From the NCBI GenBank assembly GCA_963707955.1, contig OY970176.1, positions 384,001-448,000 on the forward strand: a DNA stretch of 64,000 bases, written 5' to 3'. Positions 30,969-40,227 of the stretch are shown in pieces. Position 1 is the stretch's first letter. Every line of letters begins with the position of its first letter. The notes beneath the pieces are model-generated. The model was not told the DNA's origin. It did not search any database and saw nothing but the letters and a program-made list of their open reading frames with translations. The translations under genes were made by a program, and so were the position numbers. Origin of the DNA: Candidatus Bathyarchaeota archaeon (GTDB lineage: Archaea > Thermoproteota > Bathyarchaeia > Bathyarchaeales > Bathycorpusculaceae).

Positions 30969-32234
30969 TTGCTTTCTGGTCTTCAAACAGCAAAGGCGAT
31001 TTCAACGATATACATCCAAGCGGACGGAACCGTTTATCCGATAAGTGCGCCAATCCAGAGAAACGGAAACGTGTACACTCTCACTGGCAACATCAACAGT
31101 GAAACAGATGGCATCGTAATCGAAACGAACAACACGATACTAGAAGGAGCAGGACACTCGATTCAAGGGACAAACACTCCATCATCCAATGGAATATACT
31201 TATCAGGAAATTACAACGTAACGATCAGAAACATTGACATTAAAGGATTCGAATCTGGCATTCTGTTCGACGCATACTCAACCTACAACAACATAATAGG
31301 AAACACCGTTGAAAGCAACGTTTATGGAGTCAATTGTTGGGCATATGCAGACAACAACAACATCATTGGAAACAACATAACGGGAAACAGTCTCGCAGGG
31401 GCCTGGCTCGCCGGATCATCAAACGACACAGTGACTGAAAACAACATAGCTGCAAACGGTCTAGGAATCAACCTTCAAAGCTCTTCAAATGACAGTATCT
31501 ATCACAACAATTTTGTTGACAACCCAACTCAAACCAGCATCTATGACTCGCCTGGCACGTGGGACAACGGTTACCCTTCCGGAGGCAACTACTGGAGCGA
31601 CTACATCGGAACAGATTTGTATCGGGGCCCACACCAGAACCAGACTGGAAGCGATGGAATAGGTGACACGCCATACGTCATAGACGCGAACAATACAGAC
31701 AATTACCCCCTTATGGTTCCCTTCGGCTCAGGTCACGACGTAGCTGTCCCTGATGTTCAAACATCAAAAACCGTTGTGGGACTAGGATACAATATGTCAA
31801 TCACAGTCATCGTGGCAGACTACGGAGCATTCAACGAAACCTTCACCACAACGGTATATGCCAACACAACTGCCATTTACGCTCAATCCATGAACTTGGC
31901 AAGCGGCACGACAAAGACAATTACTTGCGCTTGGAACACGACGAACCTTGTTTATGGCAACTGCACCATAAGCGCTTACGCTCTGCCTGTTCAGGGCGAA
32001 ACCGACACGGCCAACAACAATTTCACAGGCGGCGTGGTGACAGTTACTATTCCAGGCGATGTTGACGGCAACGGCAGAGTCAACATGGGCGACGTAGTCA
32101 GCCTCTGCACGGCTTTTGGTTCAACAGTCGGACAATCAAGGTACGTTCCAAACTGCGACATAGACAATAACGGCAGAGTCGACATGAGCGACCTAATCAT
32201 CGCCTTACGCCACTTCGGACAACACTACCCGTAG
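30969..32234 (+). CDS. NosD/pectin-lyase-like beta-helix plus CARDB plus dockerin surface protein (true start probably upstream)
   Basis: GIxL..NNxI repeats; GGNYWSDY..DGIGDTPY; HDVAV; paired GDVDGNGRVN/DIDNNGRVD. Confidence 0.85.
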   Translation: MLSGLQTAKAISTIYIQADGTVYPISAPIQRNGNVYTLTGNINSETDGIVIETNNTILEGAGHSIQGTNTPSSNGIYLSGNYNVTIRNIDIKGFESGILFDAYSTYNNIIGNTVESNVYGVNCWAYADNNNIIGNNITGNSLAGAWLAGSSNDTVTENNIAANGLGINLQSSSNDSIYHNNFVDNPTQTSIYDSPGTWDNGYPSGGNYWSDYIGTDLYRGPHQNQTGSDGIGDTPYVIDANNTDNYPLMVPFGSGHDVAVPDVQTSKTVVGLGYNMSITVIVADYGAFNETFTTTVYANTTAIYAQSMNLASGTTKTITCAWNTTNLVYGNCTISAYALPVQGETDTANNNFTGGVVTVTIPGDVDGNGRVNMGDVVSLCTAFGSTVGQSRYVPNCDIDNNGRVDMSDLIIALRHFGQHYP

Positions 32235-32723
32235 CGCGTTGTTAAGCGCCCAAAGTGAGCACAAAACTTCAAAATAGAGGAAAGCTTAGACCGTGACAGT
32301 GAAACTGTCTTCGCAGAGTCCATTCTGCTTCGGCTGCGGACTGAAAATGGGCTTTTCTTTGTTTGTTGAAAAAATTCGGCATACATAGAACTTGGGCTGA
32401 TGATCGGCGTTGACTGATATTAAGTAAGGCAAAAACTCCATGACTTCCCGAGCGAGGTCATACTTGTTGTGCAGTCAGAGTTCTCTGTTTTCCGTGAGTA
32501 TATAAGAATTATAGTGAAACGTATCTCTAGAAGGTTGTACCCATTTATATGGGTCTTTTAGGAGTTAAGCGAATACAGACAGAGTCCAAGAGCTATATCC
32601 AGCACAACCCCCTTCTTTCTTGTTGACTTCATGGGATTGCACCACGTGTGTTAAGTTTCATCGTCTAAATAAGCTTCTATGAGATATCTGTGTGAACAAT
32701 CTGCAATCCAGGGCAATCAAACA

Positions 32724-32802
32724 TGGCGGGCCCGGAGGGATTTGAACCCCCGTTCTCCGGCTCCGAAGGCCGACGCCTTAATCCAGACTGGGCTACGGGC
32801 CC
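32724..32802 (-). tRNA. tRNA-Arg(TCG), CCA encoded
   Basis: GGGCCCG/CGGGCCC acceptor stem; TCGGC-CTTCGGA-GCCGG anticodon arm; TTCAAAT; ends GCCA. Confidence 0.95.
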
Positions 32803-32895
32803 ACACAAGAATACGCGCAGAAGCAATTAAAAGTGTTACGTGGACATGTGGAGTAGATCTTATGAGAGAGGATTTTAGAACGAGTTTGCAGGCCG

Positions 32896-33669
32896 ATGAT
32901 CCTTGAGAAAGATAGAACTGTCAAGCTGGGAGAGCGTTCCGCAGAAGACGGACAGTCTGAGAGAAACCTCGAAATCATATACGGCGTGAAGCTCGAAACC
33001 GATTCTTCGGACATTCAACTCGACCGACTCTATCCAACCGAGGATTTCTTTGAGAACGACAAAATAGCCCTCGTGTTTATGAAAATCGTGAACGAAGGTT
33101 ATGACGTGCCAATAATAGCGGTCGAGCGTGGGGAAGACTACTTCGTTCTTGACGGCCACCACCGTTCCTTCATTTCAAAGAAACTCAAGAAGAAAACTAT
33201 CATGGCAAAAGTTCTAAAGTTTCCCAATGGCACAGGCTATCGAGACGTCCCAAAGTCTTCGCTCGAGGACCTTCCAATCAAGGAAGTAGCCGCTATTGAC
33301 GATCTGATCGTGAAAGCGTGGGGACGCATACTTAACATCTTGAAACAGTATGAAGTCTTGTACCGTATGCATTTCTGCATGGAGAAAAAACAGGTCTGCT
33401 TGAGAGACGTGTCTCCGACGCAGCCCGAAGTACTGAAGGAGCAGATTGACAGGATAAACAGGCTATTGGTTCCAGTGGCCTGCATACAGTACGACGAAAG
33501 ATACTATGTCCTGGATGGCCACGCAAGATGCTTACGAGCCAAACAGCTCGGCCTGAAATCAGTTGAAGCAATAGTGTTGTCGCCGCAAATGCATGTGGAT
33601 TTCGGAATAGTCAAAACCGCCAAAGAGATGAAACTCGAAAGCCTCGAAGACATCACCATAACGAAATGA
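32896..33669 (+). CDS. tandem ParB/sulfiredoxin-like domain protein
   Basis: two copies of PT(E/Q)...VP(I/V)...Y(F/Y)VLDGH(H/A)R. Confidence 0.75.
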   Translation: MILEKDRTVKLGERSAEDGQSERNLEIIYGVKLETDSSDIQLDRLYPTEDFFENDKIALVFMKIVNEGYDVPIIAVERGEDYFVLDGHHRSFISKKLKKKTIMAKVLKFPNGTGYRDVPKSSLEDLPIKEVAAIDDLIVKAWGRILNILKQYEVLYRMHFCMEKKQVCLRDVSPTQPEVLKEQIDRINRLLVPVACIQYDERYYVLDGHARCLRAKQLGLKSVEAIVLSPQMHVDFGIVKTAKEMKLESLEDITITK

Positions 33670-33768
33670 ACCCGTACTGATGCTTATTAATAAGGGCGCC
33701 TTCGCATCTGTGGCAACCCGAAAACCCTTAAAAATAATCTGCAATCTATACTAGATGTCTCAACATGA

Positions 33769-33844
33769 GGGCCGGTAGCTCAGCACGGTCTGGAGCGTTC
33801 GGCTGATAACCGAAAGGTCGCCGGTTCGAATCCGGCTCGGCCCA
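33769..33844 (+). tRNA. tRNA-Ile(GAT)
   Basis: GGGCCGG/TCGGCCC acceptor stem; TTCGG-CTGATAA-CCGAA anticodon arm; TTCGAAT. Confidence 0.95.
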
Positions 33845-33883
33845 CTAAAGCCAAAAATCTTATTAGCATATTGAAAAGAAATC

Positions 33884-34279
33884 ATGCAAGGTGATGTTTT
33901 GGCTAAAGACGACGAAATGCTAGACGAACTTAAGAAGATCAGAACACTGTTGGAACCGAAGCCTGCTGCACCGGCGCCGAAAGGCATGTGGGCTGAATTC
34001 ATGGACTTCGTATCCAAATACAAGGTCATGGGGCTTGCTGTTGCTTTCATTATCGGCGTTTACCTAGGGGCTGTAGTGCTGGCACTAGTCAAAGACTTGA
34101 TAATGCCAATAATAGGTCTTGCAATGCCTGGTCTTGGGGACCTTGCGAGCTACATTGTCACGTATTCTAATCAGAAGTTCGGCATAGGAGACTTTCTAGT
34201 GGCCGTGATAACCTTCATCATCGTGGCCTTGGTGATCTTCCTGCTTGTTAAGGTCAGCAAGAGATGGGGCCTAGAGTAG
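33884..34279 (+). CDS. mscL: large-conductance mechanosensitive channel
   Basis: EFMDF..VMGLAVAFIIG..LVKDLIMPII..GDFL..ITFIIVA. Confidence 0.85.
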   Translation: MQGDVLAKDDEMLDELKKIRTLLEPKPAAPAPKGMWAEFMDFVSKYKVMGLAVAFIIGVYLGAVVLALVKDLIMPIIGLAMPGLGDLASYIVTYSNQKFGIGDFLVAVITFIIVALVIFLLVKVSKRWGLE

Positions 34280-34415
34280 CAGAAGAAAAGAATCAACGAA
34301 CACCTCAAGGTTCCATGGAAGCCGCCAACGAAAAACATCCCCAATTTTTCTGTGTTAACAGAAGACGAAAAGCTGAAATCCTAACAGACCACATAACTTG
34401 TGCTCGGTGGATTAG

Positions 34416-34706
34416 ATGCCACAGTACATTCTGCTCTCAAACTTGACGGACGAAGGATGGAAAACCGTCAAAGAAAAACCTGCCAGAATCAAAGAAGTCA
34501 ACAAGGAACTTGAAGCCTTCGGCGTTCGAGTCATCAGTCAGTACGCAGTTCTCGGACCTTACGATTTCGCAACCATCGTCGAAGCTCCAGACAACAAGAC
34601 TATCGGCAAAGTTTCTATCGAACTCGGGTCGAGAGGGACAGTCAAAATCATGAGCATGGCTGCCGTTCCCATAGAAGAATTCATAGCTTCGATGAAAAAA
34701 CGATGA
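34416..34706 (+). CDS. GYD domain protein
   Basis: YAVLGPYDFATIVEAPD motif. Confidence 0.85.
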   Translation: MPQYILLSNLTDEGWKTVKEKPARIKEVNKELEAFGVRVISQYAVLGPYDFATIVEAPDNKTIGKVSIELGSRGTVKIMSMAAVPIEEFIASMKKR

Positions 34707-34919
34707 AAGCTTCAATCTCCCCCCTTTTTCCTTTTCAGTTTGATTCCCAATTCTCGTTACTTTCTGACTGTTGTTAAATTATTGAAGGGCTGATTCTTCA
34801 CTTCAAAAAAGAAGCCTATGATTACATCGTAAATCATTAGGCAACGACAGAAATGCCCAGGACAGCCAACGAACAGTATAAACGAATCCTTTGCATCTGG
34901 AAAAGCAGAGGATTTCAAA

Positions 34920-35714
34920 ATGAAAGTCAGACTCAAGGGCAATAATCAGATAAGACTTTTCAGACAAGTAGGTAAAAGGCTCGTTTCCAAGATAACTGTT
35001 AGCAAGAACGTTGCAGGAGTCATTTTCCTCGGCGGCCTAGCCAGAGGTTTCGCCGACAAGTACTCGGATGTAGACATAATTGTCCTGCTCAACAAGGAGG
35101 ATCAACCCTTGCGAAGACAGATTCACAACATGGGCTTGGAAGAACGAAAAAACTCAGGCCTCGACATCGACCTCGAAATTCACTATCTGAACGCCTTTCA
35201 AAGATGGAAATGGGATGAAACTAACAGATGGGATTTTTCCCATGCCGAAATCGTCCATGACCCTGAAGGACAAATCACAAGACTGTTCGACGCGAGACTC
35301 AAAGTTTCAGAGAAATTCTGGGTCAAGCGCATCGTAACGTGCACTGAGTATATGAAATGGTACTGCTGTCCACCTACGGACGACGTCGGCACCATCGCCG
35401 AGGCTTGGGTTGACAGAGGAGACCTGCTTTCTGCAAACTACTGCTTGAACTACGCTATCGACTTGCTCCTTAAGACAGTCTTCGCCCTCAACAAGGAATT
35501 CTTGCCTCCACCAAAATGGAGGTTATTCTACTTTCGAAATTTGAATTGGCTTCCCAGTAACTATGGATTCTTGAAGGCCGCAATCGAGGTGAAAGGGCTA
35601 ACGGTAGAATGTCTAAATCGGCGATTGAAGAGCCTTAGAGAAATATGGCAGGTGATTCTTGTTAAGGTGCAAGAAGAAACTGGGCTCAGATCAGATAACC
35701 AGGCACTACGTTGA
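34920..35714 (+). CDS. minimal nucleotidyltransferase with helical (DUF4037-like) domain
   Basis: GGLARGFADKYSDVD; FALNKEFLPPPKW; C-terminus possibly frameshifted. Confidence 0.75.
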   Translation: MKVRLKGNNQIRLFRQVGKRLVSKITVSKNVAGVIFLGGLARGFADKYSDVDIIVLLNKEDQPLRRQIHNMGLEERKNSGLDIDLEIHYLNAFQRWKWDETNRWDFSHAEIVHDPEGQITRLFDARLKVSEKFWVKRIVTCTEYMKWYCCPPTDDVGTIAEAWVDRGDLLSANYCLNYAIDLLLKTVFALNKEFLPPPKWRLFYFRNLNWLPSNYGFLKAAIEVKGLTVECLNRRLKSLREIWQVILVKVQEETGLRSDNQALR

Positions 35715-35946
35715 AAGGGTACTGCACCAAACGCCGGCTCATTAAGGCCTATCCATAGCAATTTGGCCAACTCAAAGATCAAAGGTATTGAGCACATCGA
35801 ATGAACTCTTGCAAAAATCAGCATCGTTTGATGCAAATTAAACCGAGACAAGAGCACTCTAAGGGTTAAATTTAAGAACAGATGAAACTTTCATATACAC
35901 AAGCCAAAGCAGTTTGCTACGAGCGTCCTCTCGAGGAATCTGACAG

Positions 35947-36288
35947 TTGACAGGCAAAGACTTCCACAAACTCTTTCTTCAAGCAGTAGACGATGCCTTC
36001 TCATCGCTTGGTGATTCAGCGAGACAATCAATCTACTTCCACCTTGAAACAAGATTTGGGATGCCACGAGACGAAATTCCAAACCGCCTTGAGGATTTCG
36101 AGAATGGACTTGAGAAAATCTTCGGAGCAGGAACCAAGTTCCTGGAAATCTTGATAATGAAAAGACTCTACGAAATGATGGAACCCAAGAGAAGAATCAT
36201 GAAATGGAATGACGACAACGAGTTCAAATTCATAGACTACGTTAAGGCAACGGAACAGAGCTTTTACAAAAAGAAAAGGAAACCCTAG
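35947..36288 (+). CDS. small archaeal helical signalling-associated domain (DUF3227/NitrOD5-like)
   Basis: AVDDAFSSLG..IYFHLE..IP..F..LEKIFG; paralog of the next gene. Confidence 0.65.
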   Translation: MTGKDFHKLFLQAVDDAFSSLGDSARQSIYFHLETRFGMPRDEIPNRLEDFENGLEKIFGAGTKFLEILIMKRLYEMMEPKRRIMKWNDDNEFKFIDYVKATEQSFYKKKRKP

Positions 36289-36420
36289 AATCCACTCTTA
36301 GACTGAACTTGCTAGTATTGCAAGGTCAGAGCGTCAATTCATATTCTCAGTTCACAAACGATTTATCAAGGCTCCATCGTGTCTTATTCTGAACTTACGT
36401 CAAGTGAGCGAGGGTGACGT

Positions 36421-36756
36421 TTGCCTCAGGGAAAATTCAACAAAGTTCTGTTAGACGCAATTGAGGGAGGCCTGTCCTCGCTCGGAGATTCACCGAGAGA
36501 AGCGATCTTCTACCATCTCGAGACATCTTTCCAGCTGAAGAAAGAGAACATTCCGCTAAACTTGTCGGAATTCAAGCAGGCTTTGGAAAGAATATTCGGA
36601 CCAGGAGCTCCATACCTCGAAAAGATCATCATAAGATGCCTCTACGAAAGGCTGGGGCTAAGTTTTGAAGAGCCGAGACACGTAGACTTCGTGGTCTGCG
36701 TCAACGATGCGAAGAGGCAAGTCACGCGTGAAGAGGAGGTGAAACAGTATGAATAA
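36421..36756 (+). CDS. small archaeal helical signalling-associated domain (DUF3227/NitrOD5-like)
   Basis: AIEGGLSSLG..IFYHLE..IP..F..LERIFG. Confidence 0.65.
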   Translation: MPQGKFNKVLLDAIEGGLSSLGDSPREAIFYHLETSFQLKKENIPLNLSEFKQALERIFGPGAPYLEKIIIRCLYERLGLSFEEPRHVDFVVCVNDAKRQVTREEEVKQYE

Positions 36757-37222
36757 AACCATCAGAATCCTCATTGTTGACGACGACGAAAACATCAGAA
36801 AAGTGCTATTAGCTATACTCGAGGACAAGGGATACACCGTTGAATCTGTCGGAACAGCTAGGGAGGCAGTAGAGAAAAGCAAGAGAAAATTCTACAACTT
36901 GGCTTTAATCGACATTCGACTTCCAGACATGGAAGGGATAGAGCTTCTCACAAAGATGAGAGACACGACGCCAAAAATGCGAAAGATAATAATCACAGGC
37001 TACCCGACGCTGCAAAACGCTGTAGACGCTGTAAACAAAGGTGCAGACGCTTACATTGTAAAGCCGTTCGACGTTGAAAACGTCCTGAACGCGATTGATC
37101 AGCAACTCAGGAAACAGCAAGAAGAGAAGAAATACAGCCAGGACAAAGTCGCAGAATTCATAGAGGCAAGAGTCAAAGAAATGGGCATGGAAACTGAGGT
37201 CGCAGAAAAACAAAGACGATAA
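36749..37222 (+). CDS. response regulator (receiver domain)
   Basis: ILIVDDD, DIRLPDMEG, ITG, YIVKPF. Confidence 0.92.
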   Translation: MNKTIRILIVDDDENIRKVLLAILEDKGYTVESVGTAREAVEKSKRKFYNLALIDIRLPDMEGIELLTKMRDTTPKMRKIIITGYPTLQNAVDAVNKGADAYIVKPFDVENVLNAIDQQLRKQQEEKKYSQDKVAEFIEARVKEMGMETEVAEKQRR

Positions 37223-37299
37223 GAGTCGATCCTAAACACGTTCAACCCTTTCTTCAACTTCATACCCTGAAGTTCCCCACAGATCATGAAAAGTTTTTG

Positions 37300-38196
37300 T
37301 CAGCTTTTTCTCATGAAATTCTTGCGTAGGAACTTGACATGGTGGCCAACTTCGAACCCTATGTTCCGCAACAAAGTGACAGACGGAACGTTGAACTCTG
37401 ACGTATGTAAGACCGCTGTGTCCATTCCCTTTTCAAAGAGGAAGTTCATTGCCCGCACTGTGAGAGCAGACGCGAGTTTTTTCGAACGAAACTCGGGAAC
37501 CGTTGCTGCTGGACCGAGATAGCCTCGCCTTTCACCGAAGAGCTTATTGTATTTCACGACGGGCCATGCAACGACAACTGACAGCATTCTGTCCTGAAGC
37601 GCTGCCAAGTGAACCCATTCTTCGTCGAAGGGAGGAGACTCAACCTTGCCCTTCTCAATAAAGCCTTGTTTTAGTCTTTCCCATCCAAACACCGAGTTCA
37701 CAGTTTCGACAACCTTTTTTTCCTCCTCAGGTCTCGAGCTGCGGATGGTCACGCCCTCTGGAACGGCCGGAAGCGGCCGAACATGCTCGAGCTTTGCTAT
37801 CATCTGGTACAGACCGCCCTCAGGCTTGTATCCCCTCTCTATCCAATCATTGGTCCTTGGACTTCCAGCGTCGACTGAGGTGAAAACCGTTTCCCCGCGG
37901 ACACACTTCTCAGCCTGCGATACCAGCATGTTTTCCTTGAGTTTTCGGTCAGGCCTTTCTTGAACAACAAGCCACCTGATCTCCTCGCCCCAGAAACCGT
38001 CGTTGTACGTGACAGAACCCACAGCTTCACCGTTTTCCTCGGCAATCAGAGTTCGAAACTTCCCTTCCTGAATTCTAACGCGCACATCGTCTTCTGTGAG
38101 GGGAATGTATTCATATGATCCTTCGTTCGTCTCATTGAGAAGTTTGACAAGCGCTGACAGATCCTTCTCTGTAAAGTCTCGAACTTGAACAGTCAT
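37300..38196 (-). CDS. tandem GNAT acetyltransferase
   Basis: two GNAT halves; VPEFRSKKLA and NVPSVTLLRNIGF. Confidence 0.8.
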   Translation of the reverse strand: MTVQVRDFTEKDLSALVKLLNETNEGSYEYIPLTEDDVRVRIQEGKFRTLIAEENGEAVGSVTYNDGFWGEEIRWLVVQERPDRKLKENMLVSQAEKCVRGETVFTSVDAGSPRTNDWIERGYKPEGGLYQMIAKLEHVRPLPAVPEGVTIRSSRPEEEKKVVETVNSVFGWERLKQGFIEKGKVESPPFDEEWVHLAALQDRMLSVVVAWPVVKYNKLFGERRGYLGPAATVPEFRSKKLASALTVRAMNFLFEKGMDTAVLHTSEFNVPSVTLLRNIGFEVGHHVKFLRKNFMRKS

Positions 38197-38415
38197 GGTT
38201 TGTCTTGATCAGAGGCGTTTGAAAGCGTAATAAACGTTTAGATACCTTTCAATTTTCCAGCAACCCAAAGGTACTCAGTTCCAGAAAGTTTAAAGCCTAA
38301 GTTCGCGCGCGAGGCAACGCATTGTGTCCTGCAATGTAAGATGAGCCTGCCATAGCTCTTCGAAAAGAGCCACATTGGCAAGATTTAAATTCTCCTCCCT
38401 GTCTCTGTGCCCTGA

Positions 38416-38745
38416 GTGATGCTTATGGCGTTTTGCTCGAAGTGTGGCGAAAAAGTACCTGAAGAAGCGTATTTCTGCCCAAAATGTGGTTTCAGAACCA
38501 GAAAAGGCGTTGAAGCCGGCGTTGCTGCCCCTGTAGAAGATGTAAGGGAAGCCTTCGCTAAGATGGAAAAGGAACTTGAAAAAGCATTCACGACCGCCGC
38601 AAAAGAGATGCAGAAGGCGTTCAAAACCGTAACAGACAACGTCAAAGAAAAAGGTTTTGCAAGACAAGTTGTTTGCACAAGTTGCGGAGAAAAGAATCCA
38701 AATGGTGCCAGCTTCTGTTACAAATGCGGCAAAAAGATCGATTGA
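38416..38745 (+). CDS. double zinc-ribbon protein
   Basis: FCSKCG..FCPKCG and CTSCG..FCYKCG around a coiled linker. Confidence 0.8.
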   Translation: MMLMAFCSKCGEKVPEEAYFCPKCGFRTRKGVEAGVAAPVEDVREAFAKMEKELEKAFTTAAKEMQKAFKTVTDNVKEKGFARQVVCTSCGEKNPNGASFCYKCGKKID

Positions 38746-38800
38746 TGATGCTCGAATAGATGATGTCATTAGCACAAAATTGACTCGATAGGTGAAAAGT

Positions 38801-38968
38801 TTAAAATGGGTGACTCGCGAGCACGTACACCGTGGACAGAACAACTTGCCCTTGGCTCATAAAAAATTTCGTTGATCCAAAAGCAGAGTTCATTTTTGTT
38901 CCTATCAAAAAAGTCGAAGAAGTCGCCAAAAAGAGAAGGCAACCCCTCATGATGCACCGGACGCGCGC
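38801..38968 (+). pseudogene. N-terminal remnant of a ChrB-like chromate-resistance protein
   Basis: KWVTREHVH / VDRTTCPWLIKNFVDPKAEFIFVP / KATPHDAPD with frameshifts; ends at a CGCGCGC motif. Confidence 0.65.
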
Positions 38969-39022
38969 TGCAGACTCTGAATCTAAAGCGTGTCAAACAG
39001 GCAATGAGACGAGGATACTGCC

Positions 39023-39529
39023 GTGACCATCATCAGTCAGCGTCTCAAAATCGTTCCTGCCAGAAGACTTGAACACTTGACATTCAACCTGTGCAACTTC
39101 AATTTCTTCAGAAAAAGCGAACGTGGGAAGGCCATGCTCTTCTTTGGGAACTCAGGACAGCTAGCATTGCTAATTGCTGTGCCCTACATCCTGGGATGCG
39201 AGCTTGCCTTTTTCAGAGAGGAGAGATACTTCGTCAAGTTGAAGAAGCAACTGGTTGGCGTTTTCGTCCTCCGCGAGAAATCTGACGCTTTATACGTGGG
39301 AAGCTTGGGTGTAGCACCCGAATACAGAAAACATGGCATAGCCACTTTCATTCTAAGCAATTGCACGCAAGTCGCAAAGAGGCTCGGCAAGAAATGGCTA
39401 GAACTTACCGTGTTAAAGACGAACATTCCTGCGAGGCAGCTCTACGAGAGATTTGGCTTCTTGGATAAAGAGGAAAGGAAATGGTCTTTTGTGATGACAA
39501 AAAGAATTAACAGCCATGAACGCAGTTAG
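39023..39529 (+). CDS. GNAT acetyltransferase
   Basis: LGVAPEYRKHGIA, NIPARQLYERFGF. Confidence 0.85.
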   Translation: MTIISQRLKIVPARRLEHLTFNLCNFNFFRKSERGKAMLFFGNSGQLALLIAVPYILGCELAFFREERYFVKLKKQLVGVFVLREKSDALYVGSLGVAPEYRKHGIATFILSNCTQVAKRLGKKWLELTVLKTNIPARQLYERFGFLDKEERKWSFVMTKRINSHERS

Positions 39530-39780
39530 AAAGTAGTTCGATGCGAAAATCTTAAACAGCTTCACTGTTGGGCAGAAATGAAGCCCTTTTGCCTAGATAC
39601 ACCCCCTTTGCCAACCTCGTTTTTTGGTGATTATGTTCACATCAAACATGACCTATCTGCATGTTCCTCAGGTAAATTCAACATTAGTGTAGAAAGAACT
39701 TAAATAAGTAAACGCTAGATACAGCGTTCGCCTAAGTTGTGAAACACTAACAACTTCCTGAGCGCATACATGGTGATCCT

Positions 39781-40227
39781 TTGAAGTGTCCTTACTGCGG
39801 GTCTGAAAACCTGAAAACCCTCGAAACGAGGGACTCGCCTGACAACGCTGTCAGAAGACGCAAAGAGTGCGAAGACTGCGAGAGACGGTTCACAACGTAC
39901 GAGTATGTTGAAACGGTTGAGTTGATAGTGAAGAAGAGGGACGGCAGGCCGGAGCGCTTTGACCTCAACAAGATCATCAGAGGTCTGCAGAAAGCCTGCG
40001 AGAAAAGACCCGTGACGATGGAGCAGATCCACGAGCTGGCAGAGCATGTCAGACAAGACCTGATGGCGCCTGGAAAAGAGGAAGTCAGTTCTCAAGACAT
40101 CGGGGATTTGGTAATGAAATATCTGAAGAAACTTGACCGAGTAGCTTACATCAGGTTCGCTTCGGTCTACAGGAAGTTCGAGGAACCTGAAGATTTCCAG
40201 AGATTGCTCAAAGAGGTAAAAGCATGA
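39781..40227 (+). CDS. nrdR: transcriptional repressor NrdR
   Basis: MKCPYCG..RRRKEC..RFTTYE; ATP cone; VAYIRFASVY. Confidence 0.95.
   Translation: MKCPYCGSENLKTLETRDSPDNAVRRRKECEDCERRFTTYEYVETVELIVKKRDGRPERFDLNKIIRGLQKACEKRPVTMEQIHELAEHVRQDLMAPGKEEVSSQDIGDLVMKYLKKLDRVAYIRFASVYRKFEEPEDFQRLLKEVKA

Noticed and set aside
20327-33844. Integrated element at a tRNA (att duplication)
   Set aside because: No duplicated tRNA 3' end and no intact integrase found in the window.
39600-39780. NrdR boxes upstream of nrdR
   Set aside because: Only partial ACACTAA-like half sites; no convincing tandem 16-bp palindromes.
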